A stretch of DNA of 64,000 nucleotides from an uncultured delta proteobacterium (GTDB lineage: Bacteria > Desulfobacterota > WTBG01 > CAIYCZ01 > CAIRTM01): positions 20,878 through 84,877 of the forward strand of contig CAIRTM010000075.1 in assembly GCA_903881505.1 (NCBI GenBank), given 5' to 3'. Numbering within the stretch: position 1 is the first letter of the stretch; every line of letters starts with the position of its first letter. Shown in pieces: positions 40,747 to 49,609 of this stretch. Below the pieces are notes generated by a model. It was not told the origin of the DNA. It did not search any database and was given only the letters and a program-made list of their open reading frames with translations. Both the position numbers and the translations under genes were made by a program.

Positions 40747-42039
40747 ATGCATAAACGCCATATCGCTGCGGTCGTTGCCGCGCTCTGCCTGATGCTTACC
40801 GGCGGCGCCCGGCCCGGCCTTGCATCCAACCCGTATGAAAACTATGAGCACCTGAAAATTTTTTCCGATGCCCTGTCGCTGATACAGAAAAACTATGTCG
40901 ACGAAGTTGATCTGCAAAAGGCCATGTACAACGCGATCGAGGGCATGGTTTCACGGCTTGACCCGCACTCCTCCTTCATGACTCCCGAGGTGTACCGGGA
41001 AATGCAGGTTGAAACCAGGGGCACATTCGGCGGACTCGGCATTGAAATAACCCTCCGGGAAGGGCTGCTTACGATTGTCGCTCCGATTGACGGCACGCCG
41101 GCCTACCGTGCCGGTCTCAAAACCGGCGATCACATCGTGAAAATCGACGATGCGCCGACCAAGGACATGAATCTTATGGACGCGGTCAGAAAAATGCGCG
41201 GCGAGCCCAACACGCCCGTTACCATCCATATCATGCGCAACGGCTTTGCCGAACCGCAGGCGTTTACGCTCGTGCGCGATGTTATCAACGTCATCAGCGT
41301 GCGCTCCGATGTCATGGATGAGTATTACGGCTACCTGCGCATAGCCCAGTTTCAGGAAAACACCGCCCGCGAGTGCCGCAAGGCCCTGGAGTCACTCGAA
41401 AAACGCCAGCCGGCCCTCAAGGGGCTGATCCTCGACCTGCGCGGCGATCCCGGGGGACTGCTTGACCAGGCGGTCAAGGTTGCCGATGAATTCCTGGATG
41501 AGGGCATGATCGTGTACACCGAAGGGCGCCTCGAAAGCCAGAAAATGCAGTTTTTCGCTCAAAAAAACCAGACACCGCGCTCCTGGCCCATGGTCACGCT
41601 TGTGAACGCCGGCAGCGCGAGCGCCTCTGAAATCGTGGCCGGTGCCCTGCAGGACCACAAGCGCTCCGTGATCGTCGGGACTCCGACATTCGGCAAAGGG
41701 ACCGTTCAAACCGTCATCCCCTTAAGCGACGGCTCAGGCCTGCGCATTACAACGGCGAAATACTTCACCCCGAACGGCCGCTCCATTCAGGAAAAGGGCA
41801 TTGTGCCCGATATCGCCGTGCAGGACCGCACCGATACACAGGCCGGCCCGGCAGGAGGATCGACGGCTGTCCGCGAGAAGGATATCGTCCGCGAATTCAA
41901 CGGCGGCGCCCAGCCCCCGGCGAATGATTCCGATCAGTCCTCCGGCAGCGTTTCCAATGAAGCAGACCCGCCGCTGGCGACAGCGCTGACCATCCTTAAA
42001 AGCTGGCACCTGATGCAGCCCGGCGCGGCAGCGCCCTGA
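40747..42039 (+). CDS. ctpA: Carboxy-terminal processing protease (S41, CtpA/Prc family) with PDZ domain.
   Basis: FGGLGIEIT...PIDGTPAYRAGLKTGDHIVKIDD (PDZ) and LILDLRGDPGGLLDQAV...NAGSASASEIVAGALQD...GTPTFGKGTVQ (S41 Ser/Lys dyad). Confidence 0.9.
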   Translation: MHKRHIAAVVAALCLMLTGGARPGLASNPYENYEHLKIFSDALSLIQKNYVDEVDLQKAMYNAIEGMVSRLDPHSSFMTPEVYREMQVETRGTFGGLGIEITLREGLLTIVAPIDGTPAYRAGLKTGDHIVKIDDAPTKDMNLMDAVRKMRGEPNTPVTIHIMRNGFAEPQAFTLVRDVINVISVRSDVMDEYYGYLRIAQFQENTARECRKALESLEKRQPALKGLILDLRGDPGGLLDQAVKVADEFLDEGMIVYTEGRLESQKMQFFAQKNQTPRSWPMVTLVNAGSASASEIVAGALQDHKRSVIVGTPTFGKGTVQTVIPLSDGSGLRITTAKYFTPNGRSIQEKGIVPDIAVQDRTDTQAGPAGGSTAVREKDIVREFNGGAQPPANDSDQSSGSVSNEADPPLATALTILKSWHLMQPGAAAP

Positions 42040-42103
42040 GGCACCATGTCAGGGCATGCGCCATTCATGTGATGAGGAAGTCTACAGCGGGCGGGATAAA
42101 AAA

Positions 42104-42137
42104 CAGGGGGGGGGCCGGAGTACCGGCTCTCCCCCTG
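42104..42137. terminator. GC-rich hairpin (CAGGGGGGGGGCCGG...CCGGCTCTCCCCCTG) between the convergent ctpA and fabD genes. Bidirectional terminator.
   Basis: About 15-bp stem with a small internal mismatch, between two convergent stops. Confidence 0.55.
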
Positions 42138-42155
42138 CACCAATGCGGGCGCGCC

Positions 42156-43091
42156 TTACAGCGCGGCGGTAAAATCTTTCAGCGTTTCGAGGTTCTCGAT
42201 ATTTTTCATGTCCACGTCGCGGCTGATATTGCGCATCAGGCCGCGCAGCACTTTGCCGGGCCCGACTTCCAGCGCCCGGTCAACGCCCTCGGCGATCATT
42301 TTCTCCATTTCCTCGATCCAGCGCACCGGTGAATTGACCTGGCGGGCAAGCAGGGTTTTCACATCAGCCGCACCGGGATAAAAATCAGCGGTCACATTTG
42401 CCAGCACAGGAATGCCGAGCGCACCCACCTGAACGGGTGCCAGAGCCTCGGCCAGCAGCCGGTCAGCGGCAGGCTTCATCAGGGTGCTGTGAAAGGGAGC
42501 GCTTACCGGCAGCATCACGGCCCGCTTGGCGCCTTCGGCCTCTGCCTTTGCTGCGGCACGCTTTACGGCCTCGATATGTCCTGAAATAACGATCTGGCCC
42601 GGGCAGTTATAGTTGGCCGGGGCCACATGCTCGCCCTGGGCAACATCAGCGCAGATCTGTTCAACCTTGGCCGTATCCATGCCCAGAATGGCGGCCATGC
42701 CGCCCACGCCGACCGGAACGGCCTCCTGCATGAATGTGCCGCGCTTGCGCACCACGCGCACGGCATCGGCAAAGGCCAGTGCGCCGGATGCCACCAGCGC
42801 GCTGTATTCACCCAGGCTGTGGCCGGCAACAACCGCCGGCACAATACCGGTTTCCTTCTGCAGCACACGCAGGGCCGCAACGCTCACCGTCAGAATGCAC
42901 GGCTGGGTGTTGGCGGTCAGCTTCAGCGCGTCTTCCGGGCCTTCAAAGCACATTTTTGAAAGGCTTTCGCCCAGGGCCGCGTCAGCCTCGGCGAACACGT
43001 CGGCGGCCTCCTTGAAATTGTCCCTGAGTTCCTTGCCCATGCCTACATACTGTGAGCCCTGTCCGGGAAAAAGAAACGCCCACTTTGCCAT
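42156..43091 (-). CDS. fabD: Malonyl-CoA:ACP transacylase.
   Basis: MAKWAFLFPGQGSQYVGMG...VAGHSLGEYSAL motifs. 311 aa. Confidence 0.95.
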   Translation of the reverse strand: MAKWAFLFPGQGSQYVGMGKELRDNFKEAADVFAEADAALGESLSKMCFEGPEDALKLTANTQPCILTVSVAALRVLQKETGIVPAVVAGHSLGEYSALVASGALAFADAVRVVRKRGTFMQEAVPVGVGGMAAILGMDTAKVEQICADVAQGEHVAPANYNCPGQIVISGHIEAVKRAAAKAEAEGAKRAVMLPVSAPFHSTLMKPAADRLLAEALAPVQVGALGIPVLANVTADFYPGAADVKTLLARQVNSPVRWIEEMEKMIAEGVDRALEVGPGKVLRGLMRNISRDVDMKNIENLETLKDFTAAL

Positions 43092-43359
43092 GTCTCAATC
43101 CTCCAATAAAATTAATGTACGGCGCTGTCAAAGCGCCTTGCTGGTATTTAAAAACCTGCGGCATTTCCGGAGCAGTGCCCGGTGTGCACGCACAGGGTAA
43201 ATCCCTGTGCGGTCGGGAATACGTGCAACGCTCAAGACAGTCTTTCAGGAAAGCCTGCAGCGAAAAAAAATGAGTATAATTGAGCGCCCTGTGCCTGTCA
43301 ACTCAAAAAGGCCCGCCTGCTCCAAACCTAGCGGAAATGCGGGCTTTTTCGACCCTGCG

Positions 43360-43388
43360 TTGACTTCTCGCGACCGGGTGGTTATAGT
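43360..43388 (+). promoter_or_regulatory. Consensus-like sigma70 promoter TTGACT-17-TATAGT ending 8 nt before the TPM-gene ATG. Implies a leaderless or near-leaderless transcript.
   Basis: -35 at 43360-43365, spacer 17 nt, -10 at 43383-43388, ATG 43397. No room for a Shine-Dalgarno. Confidence 0.45.
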
Positions 43389-43396
43389 GATAGCCT

Positions 43397-44188
43397 ATGA
43401 ACACGCTGCACGGCATACCCCGTTACCGCCTGGCAGGCACGCTCGTATGCGCATGCATGCTGGCATGCCTGGCCGCGGCTGCACCGCACAGTGCCTACGG
43501 GGCATTCCCCCGGCCGCGCGGGGCTGTGAACGATTTCGCGGGCGTGCTTTCGACCGCGGCTGCCGCGCGCATGGAGGCCCTGGCAGAAGAGATTCTCCAG
43601 AAAACCGGCACGGCCGTTGTCGTGGGGGTTTTCTCCTCCCTTGACGGAAGCGATCCGGACCAGTTCGCCAATGAACTCTATGAAGCCTGGGGGATCGGCA
43701 AAAAAGGCGAAGACAAGGGCGTACTGATCATGCTGGCCGTGCAGGAGCGCCGCGTGCGCATCGAAACCGGCTACGGCGTTGAAGGCGTGCTGCCCGACGG
43801 GCTTGCCGGGAGCATCCTTGACCGCTACGTTGTACCGCAGCTCAGGCAGAACCGCTTTGACGAGGGTCTGCTCAATGCCGTGGCAGCTGTCGGACAGGTG
43901 CTTGCCCGCGATGCGGGCGTCCGGCTCACCGGCGCCGTGCAGGCCCCGGCCGCGCAGCGCAACGGTGCTTCACGGCGGCCCGGCGGGCTGATGTCATTTG
44001 TGCCCCTGATTTTCATCGCCCTGATGCTGTGTACGCGCTCGGGCAGGCGCATGCTGCCCCTGCTGCTGTTCATGGCCCTCTCGGGCGGGCGGGGCGGCGG
44101 CGGTTTCGGCGGGGGCGGGTTCAGCGGCGGTTTCGGCGGTTTCGGCGGCGGCATGTCCGGCGGAGGCGGCGCGGGACGGGGGTTTTAG
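43397..44188 (+). CDS. TPM-domain (YgcG-like) protein with signal peptide, C-terminal TM helix and Gly-rich tail.
   Basis: Has the TPM-core phrases GAVNDFAGVLS...VVVGVFSSLDG...LYEAWGIGKKGEDKGVLIMLAVQERRVRIETGYG. The C-terminal tail is GGRGGGGFGGGGFSGGFGGFGGG. Confidence 0.75.
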   Translation: MNTLHGIPRYRLAGTLVCACMLACLAAAAPHSAYGAFPRPRGAVNDFAGVLSTAAAARMEALAEEILQKTGTAVVVGVFSSLDGSDPDQFANELYEAWGIGKKGEDKGVLIMLAVQERRVRIETGYGVEGVLPDGLAGSILDRYVVPQLRQNRFDEGLLNAVAAVGQVLARDAGVRLTGAVQAPAAQRNGASRRPGGLMSFVPLIFIALMLCTRSGRRMLPLLLFMALSGGRGGGGFGGGGFSGGFGGFGGGMSGGGGAGRGF

Positions 44189-44288
44189 AGGGCTGGTGCA
44201 GCTCGGAGTCGGGAGTTCGGAGCGGGGAGAAAGAGTAAAAGAAATGAAGAGGCAGGCCCTGCCTGCCCGTTTGGAGAGGTAATGAACG

Positions 44289-45032
44289 ATGGCAGGCATA
44301 CCCAAGAATCCGGAAGAAATATTCGAGCCTGTGTGCGCTGACTTCGAAGCCCTGTACGGAGGCGACCTGCTCAGCGTCATCCTCTACGGCAGCTGCGCGC
44401 GCGGCGAATATGTGCCCGGGAAATCCGATATCAATTTCATGCTGATGCTGTCCGAAAACGGGATCACGCAGCCTGGCAGGGCCCTGGCAACAGTTGAAAA
44501 GTGGCGCCGCCGCGCGGTTGCGACCCCTTTGCTGCTCACGCGTTCCTACATTGAAACCTCGATTGACTCCTTTCCGATCGAGTTCCTGAATATCCGGGCC
44601 GCCTACCGTGTGCTGCGCGGCGAAGATCCGCTCAAACAGCTCGTTTTCGACCACCTGATGCTGCGCCTGCAGTGTGAGCGGGAGCTGAAGGGCAAACTCT
44701 TGCACCTGCGCGCGCAATTTCTGGAAACATCCGGAAACGCCCGCCGCATCAAAGAGCTGATTGCGCGCTCCCTGCCGACATTCTCGGCACTCTTCCAGGC
44801 CGTTGTGGTTCTGCGCGGCAAACCCGTGCAGCAGGGCCGCGCCGCGCTGCTGGGCGCCATGCAGCAGGTCCTCGGCCTGGATCAGGCTCTGTTTACTGAC
44901 CTGTACGCCGTGCGTGAAGGCCGCATGCGCCTGAACACGGCCGGATCAATCGCACTTATGGAACGCTATATCAAAGAGGTACGGCGCCTGGCCCTGGCGG
45001 TTGACAGCCTTGAGCCGGGCCCGGCATCATAA
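44289..45032 (+). CDS. Nucleotidyltransferase-fold protein (Pol-beta superfamily) with C-terminal all-helical domain. The NTase motif is variant (GS-x10-SDIN).
   Basis: LSVILYGSCARGEYVPGKSDINFMLM matches the hG[GS]...D.[DE] NTase signature, except Asn replaces the second acidic residue. 247 aa. Confidence 0.55.
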   Translation: MAGIPKNPEEIFEPVCADFEALYGGDLLSVILYGSCARGEYVPGKSDINFMLMLSENGITQPGRALATVEKWRRRAVATPLLLTRSYIETSIDSFPIEFLNIRAAYRVLRGEDPLKQLVFDHLMLRLQCERELKGKLLHLRAQFLETSGNARRIKELIARSLPTFSALFQAVVVLRGKPVQQGRAALLGAMQQVLGLDQALFTDLYAVREGRMRLNTAGSIALMERYIKEVRRLALAVDSLEPGPAS

Positions 45033-45063
45033 AAAACCATCCCCATATTTCAGGAGGAACAGT

Positions 45064-45630
45064 ATGAAGAAGACGCTACGCAGCATAGTGATGATCGCAG
45101 CAGCCCTGTACCTGTGCACTACGCTTTCGGGGTGCGGCACCTACAACCGTCTGGTTACCCTTGATGAGGGCGTCAAGGAAGCCTGGTCACAGGTGGACAC
45201 CCAGCTGCAGCGCCGCTTCGACCTGATCCCCAACCTGGTCGAAACGGTCAAGGGCTTTGCGGCCCAGGAGAAAGAAGTGTTCATCAAGGTGACGGAAGCG
45301 CGTTCGAGAGTGGCCGGGGCCGGCACGATCCCCGAAAAGATCGAGGCCAACAACCAGCTCACCTCGGCCCTGAGCCGCCTGCTGGTCGTTGCCGAGCGCT
45401 ATCCCGACATCAAGTCCAACGAAAATTTCATACGCCTGCAGGATGAGCTGGCCGGCACGGAAAACCGCATAGCGGTCGCCCGCCGGCGCTACAACGAGGC
45501 GGTCAAAGAGTATAACGTGAAAGTGCGCTCGTTCCCCTCGAACCTGATGGCAAAGGCATTCGATTTTGAAAAGGCCGAGTTCTACGAGGCCCCGGCTGAA
45601 GCCTCCGCGCCGCCGAAGGTGCAGTTTTAA
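45064..45630 (+). CDS. lemA: LemA-family lipoprotein/membrane protein.
   Basis: LemA core (RLVTLDEGVKEAWSQVDTQLQRRFDLIPNLVETVKGFAAQEKEVF...ALSRLLVVAERYPDIKSNENF...VARRRYNEAV). Start ATG 45064 after a CAGGAGGAA RBS. Confidence 0.85.
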   Translation: MKKTLRSIVMIAAALYLCTTLSGCGTYNRLVTLDEGVKEAWSQVDTQLQRRFDLIPNLVETVKGFAAQEKEVFIKVTEARSRVAGAGTIPEKIEANNQLTSALSRLLVVAERYPDIKSNENFIRLQDELAGTENRIAVARRRYNEAVKEYNVKVRSFPSNLMAKAFDFEKAEFYEAPAEASAPPKVQF

Positions 45631-45657
45631 CAGGGGCGACCGGCCGGTTGCGCTAAT

Positions 45658-45692
45658 CGGGCAGGCACAGGGGCCTGCCCCTGCAATTTTTT
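45658..45692 (+). terminator. Rho-independent terminator after lemA (GGGCAGGC-acagg-GCCTGCCC followed by CTGCAATTTTTT).
   Basis: 8-bp GC stem and a U6 tract seen directly. Confidence 0.6.
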
Positions 45693-45777
45693 GCCGCCCT
45701 TGTAACGCGCGCGCACGTTTTGCTCGACGGCGCTGCAATGGGTTCCAAAACGTTAAAAACAAAAGGCCTTACTCTCC

Positions 45778-46542
45778 GTGCTTATAGATACCCACGCCCA
45801 TCTCGACCTTGATGACTTCGATGCCGACCGCGAAGCGGTCATAGCGCGCGCCCGCGCTGGCGGCGTCGGGCGCATCATCACCATCGGCATCGGCCTTGAC
45901 GAGTGCCGCCGGGCCATCGAGATCGCTGAAGCGCACCCGTTCATATATGCCGCCATCGGCATGCATCCGCACAACGCTTCAATGGTTGACCTGGCCGCGC
46001 TTGATTTTCTCGAAACACACGCCCGCGATACCCGCGTGGTCGCGCTTGGGGAAATAGGCCTCGATTTTTACCGCAACCGCAGCCCGCGACAAGACCAGGT
46101 GCGGGCCTTCCGCGCCCAGCTCGACCTGGCCGCTGCCCTGAAACTGCCGGTCGTGATCCACGACCGCGACGCGCACGAAGATACCCTGCGGATCCTGCGC
46201 GAGGAAAAGCCGCCCTGCGGCGGGGTGCTGCACTGTCTCTCCGGCGACACCACCATGGCGCGCGCCTGCATCGACCTTGGTTTTCTGATATCGATTCCCG
46301 GCACGATCACGTTCAAGAACGCCGCAACGCTGCACAGCGTTGTCGCTGACACGGGGCTCGAACACCTGCTGATCGAGACCGACTGCCCGTTCCTGACACC
46401 CGCGCCGCACCGCGGCAAACGCAACGAGCCGGCCTACGTGCGCTTTGTGGCGGAAAAGATCGCGGAGCTGAAAAAAACAAGCGTCGAGGACGTCATCGAG
46501 CGCACCGGCGCCAATGCCTGCCGCCTGTTCGGCCTGCGATAG
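45778..46542 (+). CDS. tatD: TatD-family metal-dependent deoxyribonuclease/hydrolase.
   Basis: (V)LIDTHAHLDLDDF...GEIGLDFY...VIHDRDAHEDTL...HCLSGD...ETDCPFLTP. GTG start. Confidence 0.85.
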   Translation: MLIDTHAHLDLDDFDADREAVIARARAGGVGRIITIGIGLDECRRAIEIAEAHPFIYAAIGMHPHNASMVDLAALDFLETHARDTRVVALGEIGLDFYRNRSPRQDQVRAFRAQLDLAAALKLPVVIHDRDAHEDTLRILREEKPPCGGVLHCLSGDTTMARACIDLGFLISIPGTITFKNAATLHSVVADTGLEHLLIETDCPFLTPAPHRGKRNEPAYVRFVAEKIAELKKTSVEDVIERTGANACRLFGLR

Positions 46543-46701
46543 GGGCGAACAGAGGTCTGCCCTCGAACATATGAAACCACGAGGGAACAGACTCAATCTG
46601 CTCCCGGGGCACTAATTGAGCTAAACGTCAAGCGTCCTGCAGAATGCGTCTCTCTAGAATGCAAAGAAGCGTCTTGCAGTGAACTGCTCATGCAATAATT
46701 T

Positions 46702-46760
46702 TACCGTGAAATCCGGTTTTTGTATGATAGAGTTCCCGTAACTTTTAACACGTGGCAGCA
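46702..46760. repeat. Repeat copy 1 of a local intergenic motif (CGTGAAATCCGG...AGTTCCCGTAACTTTTAACACGTGGCAGC).
   Basis: Related copies sit at 48310-48370 and 49405-49440. Each is 90-190 nt upstream of a + strand gene start. Confidence 0.5.
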
Positions 46761-46832
46761 TGGGGGGCTCTCGGATGCGCATCGCAAGAACTAATTGTTG
46801 CCATGTTTTCGGATGATTCCCAAGGTGGGTGT

Positions 46833-48143
46833 ATGAAAAAAAGACCGGCGCTGCTCTGTATTTTCGCATTGTTGTTGCTACTCACAAACCTTCTGCCCGC
46901 AGCACACGCCTCGACTATTTCCGCTAAACTCCGTGAACTGTACGCTGTGGGCGACTATCCTGCTATCGCAAAACTTCTTGAAAAAAGAATCGACGAAATT
47001 GAATCCGCAACCGCTGCAGGCAGCACCAAAGCCGACGGCAAAGAGATCTACAACCTACACCTGATGCTTGCGCATGTCTGCGCATGGCAGCTGGACAGGT
47101 TTAATGACGGTCTTGCAGAGTACGAAAGAGCGCTTGAGCTGAGGCGGGAACAGGAAAGGGAGGCACTGCAAAAAAAAATCGGGCCGAACATGTCAAGCCC
47201 GGCGCTCGAATATTTATTTATGGCTGGCATGTATGAACACATAAAAGATTACGCACGGGCAGTGGAATACTATCAAAAAACCCTTCAGGAGGCAAAAGCG
47301 TACAGCGATGCTTTAGCCAGCAGCGGTGAACGGGTTTTTCTGGGCAACGATCTTACGTACTTAATACAGTACGCAATCGACACCATCCAAATACAACTTC
47401 AGTCAGCAAAAACGTATACGCCTTTGGCAAAAAAAATTGACTTGATGCATGAAAGCAACCCGATGATGATGAACTTCATGTTCGCCACTGTATTTCCGGA
47501 ACAGGAATATATCTTCGAAAACAAAAGTTTTGTATTAGAAAACAATAACCTGAATATGGAGGCATTTATAAAACACAATGCCGCCAGCACGTATTCAATG
47601 TTGCTGGAAGGCGGCTTGCTGACGGGCGGTTTGACTGCAATCACTGACGATTCAATACAACGGGCCGCAGAAGCATTTCTCAAAAAATATCCTGACAGTT
47701 ACCTGTCTCTTGCGACTGGATTTTTGCTGTCCCAAAATTTTCTGAAAAATGGAGATGCCGAAAAAGCGCAATCGCATCTGGATGCGCTTAAAAAAACGGC
47801 AAAAAAAAGGAATATCGAGTTAGTTATCGAGCCGGACAAAAAGTTTGCCTCACCCGAGTCTACCTGGGAAGCCCTTCGCCAGGCTATGGCGGTCGGAGAT
47901 ATTGAAGCTGCCCTGTCATGCCACACCCCCGGTGACCCGAAATACCGAGAAATCTACAGTAAGTTTGGGCCGGAAATCTTAAAAAAAATTGGGGCGGACA
48001 TGAAGCCCATAGAAAAAATAAGTGCTGACGAACAAACAGCCAAGTATCGCGCCAACCGCAAGCACAAGGACATCGATAAGGAAATCACGTATTACGTATA
48101 CTTTGTAAAAACATACGGGGAGTGGAAAATAGAAAGCATGTGA
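46833..48143 (+). CDS. Secreted hypothetical protein (signal peptide, N-terminal TPR-like helical region, C-terminal alpha+beta domain).
   Basis: MKKRPALLCIFALLLLLTNLLPAAHAS signal peptide. Lower GC (about 45-50%) than the surrounding DNA. Flanked by copies of a short repeat. Confidence 0.6.
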   Translation: MKKRPALLCIFALLLLLTNLLPAAHASTISAKLRELYAVGDYPAIAKLLEKRIDEIESATAAGSTKADGKEIYNLHLMLAHVCAWQLDRFNDGLAEYERALELRREQEREALQKKIGPNMSSPALEYLFMAGMYEHIKDYARAVEYYQKTLQEAKAYSDALASSGERVFLGNDLTYLIQYAIDTIQIQLQSAKTYTPLAKKIDLMHESNPMMMNFMFATVFPEQEYIFENKSFVLENNNLNMEAFIKHNAASTYSMLLEGGLLTGGLTAITDDSIQRAAEAFLKKYPDSYLSLATGFLLSQNFLKNGDAEKAQSHLDALKKTAKKRNIELVIEPDKKFASPESTWEALRQAMAVGDIEAALSCHTPGDPKYREIYSKFGPEILKKIGADMKPIEKISADEQTAKYRANRKHKDIDKEITYYVYFVKTYGEWKIESM

Positions 48144-48309
48144 GAGCCTGGATGCGGCTTGAAGCATCCTGGCTACAGTGTGCTTGCTGCGAAGGCCCTG
48201 AGCATTCTGGGGGAGGTTGTTAATAAAATACACAAACATTCTCTGCCCACCCGTGTCAGAAATTGTCCTTTGTAAACAAAGTTGCTCGGAGCTGAAATGC
48301 TCCATTTTT

Positions 48310-48370
48310 CGCGTGAAAATCGCCCTCCCCTGTGGTAAAGTTCCCGATACTTTTTGATGGCTCCGCAAGA
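48310..48370. repeat. Repeat copy 2 (CGTGAAAATCGCC...AGTTCCCGATACTTTTTGATGGCTCCGC).
   Basis: Aligns with 46702-46760 at about 70% identity over about 55 nt. Confidence 0.5.
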
Positions 48371-48499
48371 AGTCGTCACACCGGTAAAAACCGGTGCCCA
48401 GTATTTCACTAACTACTTAAATTCCTGGACTCCGACCGGAGTTTATCCTGAGCACAGCCGAAGGGCCGGAAAGACTCGCAACAACTGAGGGTTTAGAAG

Positions 48500-49324
48500 A
48501 TGGCTGAACAGAAACGACGATTCACTCCGCTGCACATCGAGGCGACATCGCTTCCCGACGCCTGGTTCCAGACCGTGTACCGCTGCGTGGAACAGGGGCG
48601 CGATTTCACGATCGACCGCGGCTCGTACGCGGGCCAGAAGCGCCTTGAGTTCGACTACATCACCGTGCACATCCGCTACCCCGGCTCGCGGCCCCTGCTG
48701 CCGCAAATCCCCTCGCAGTACAACCTGCCCAACCCCGTGGCCGACGACTATCTGGACGACTACGTGCCCTATCTCATGACCGGCGCGATGCAGCCCGGCG
48801 AATCATACACCTACGGCCAGCGCATGTGCCGCTATCCGCTTGATTCGGCCTGGCATGAGTACAACAGCAAAACCAACACCGACATCCTCATCCGGGAACC
48901 CGAGGTGTGGAACAATCCCCTGATCATTATCCGGGACGGCAACGGCCTGTTCCTGAACCAGATCGAGCTTCTGATCTGGACCTACAAGAACAAGGGATTT
49001 CGCAACAACCAGATGGTGCTGCAGGTGGCCCACCCCACCGACATGCTGCTGCAGGACCCGCCCTGCCTGCGTGCGATCGACACCCGCATCCAGGACGGCA
49101 GCCTGCACTTTATCATCAACTTCCGCTCCTGGGACCTCTGGGGCGGCTTTCCCGCCAACCTTGCCGGCATGCAGATGATGAAGGAATACATCGCCTCCGA
49201 GATCGGCGTGCAGGACGGTGAAATGATCGTCTGCTCCAAGGGCCTGCACATGTACAACTATGTGTGGGAGCTGGCCGAGTGTTTGCGCGGGAAAACGATC
49301 GAAGAATTCCGCGCGGGCACATAG
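48500..49324 (+). CDS. Divergent thymidylate-synthase (ThyA) fold enzyme. Could be a pyrimidine-nucleotide C5 methylase or hydroxymethylase.
   Basis: 274 aa. The ThyA catalytic core is conserved: PPCLRAIDTRIQDGSLHFIINFRSWDLWGGFPANLAG (Cys nucleophile; RSxD...P.N.A) and GEMIVCSKGLHMYNY (the GD.H.Y.NH-like motif). YTYGQRM matches the YGKQWR motif. The N-terminal half is very divergent from canonical ThyA. Confidence 0.6.
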   Translation: MAEQKRRFTPLHIEATSLPDAWFQTVYRCVEQGRDFTIDRGSYAGQKRLEFDYITVHIRYPGSRPLLPQIPSQYNLPNPVADDYLDDYVPYLMTGAMQPGESYTYGQRMCRYPLDSAWHEYNSKTNTDILIREPEVWNNPLIIIRDGNGLFLNQIELLIWTYKNKGFRNNQMVLQVAHPTDMLLQDPPCLRAIDTRIQDGSLHFIINFRSWDLWGGFPANLAGMQMMKEYIASEIGVQDGEMIVCSKGLHMYNYVWELAECLRGKTIEEFRAGT

Positions 49325-49404
49325 CAGGCTTTTAGAAATCCCTTCAATAGGCAAACAAGCCGTTTCCCTTGCATGCGGTGACTAGGCAAACGTCAGGATT
49401 GATA

Positions 49405-49440
49405 AAAACATCTGCCCTGGCATGTGACTTTTAACACGGG
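49405..49440. repeat. Repeat copy 3 (partial): GTGACTTTTAACACGGGCAGTTACACG.
   Basis: Shares the core ACTTTTAACACG(N)GGCAG with copy 1. Confidence 0.45.
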
Positions 49441-49609
49441 CAGTTACACGCTCCGCAGGCTGTATACGAAAAATAGCGGCCCCTGTATCGAGGGTATTTT
49501 TCGTGCGGTTTTCAGCCAGGCAAAATGCATTTGCATTATTCTGTTAACATGTTATTTTCCTGACAATTATTAACTCCTTCCGCGGGTGGGTTTGCACGGG
49601 AAATCCGAT

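Noticed and set aside
46730-46770. Tested whether the recurring ...CACGTGGCAG... motif is a sigma54 promoter (-24 GG / -12 GC).
   Set aside because: The GG-to-GC spacing does not fit the strict sigma54 geometry in any of the three copies.
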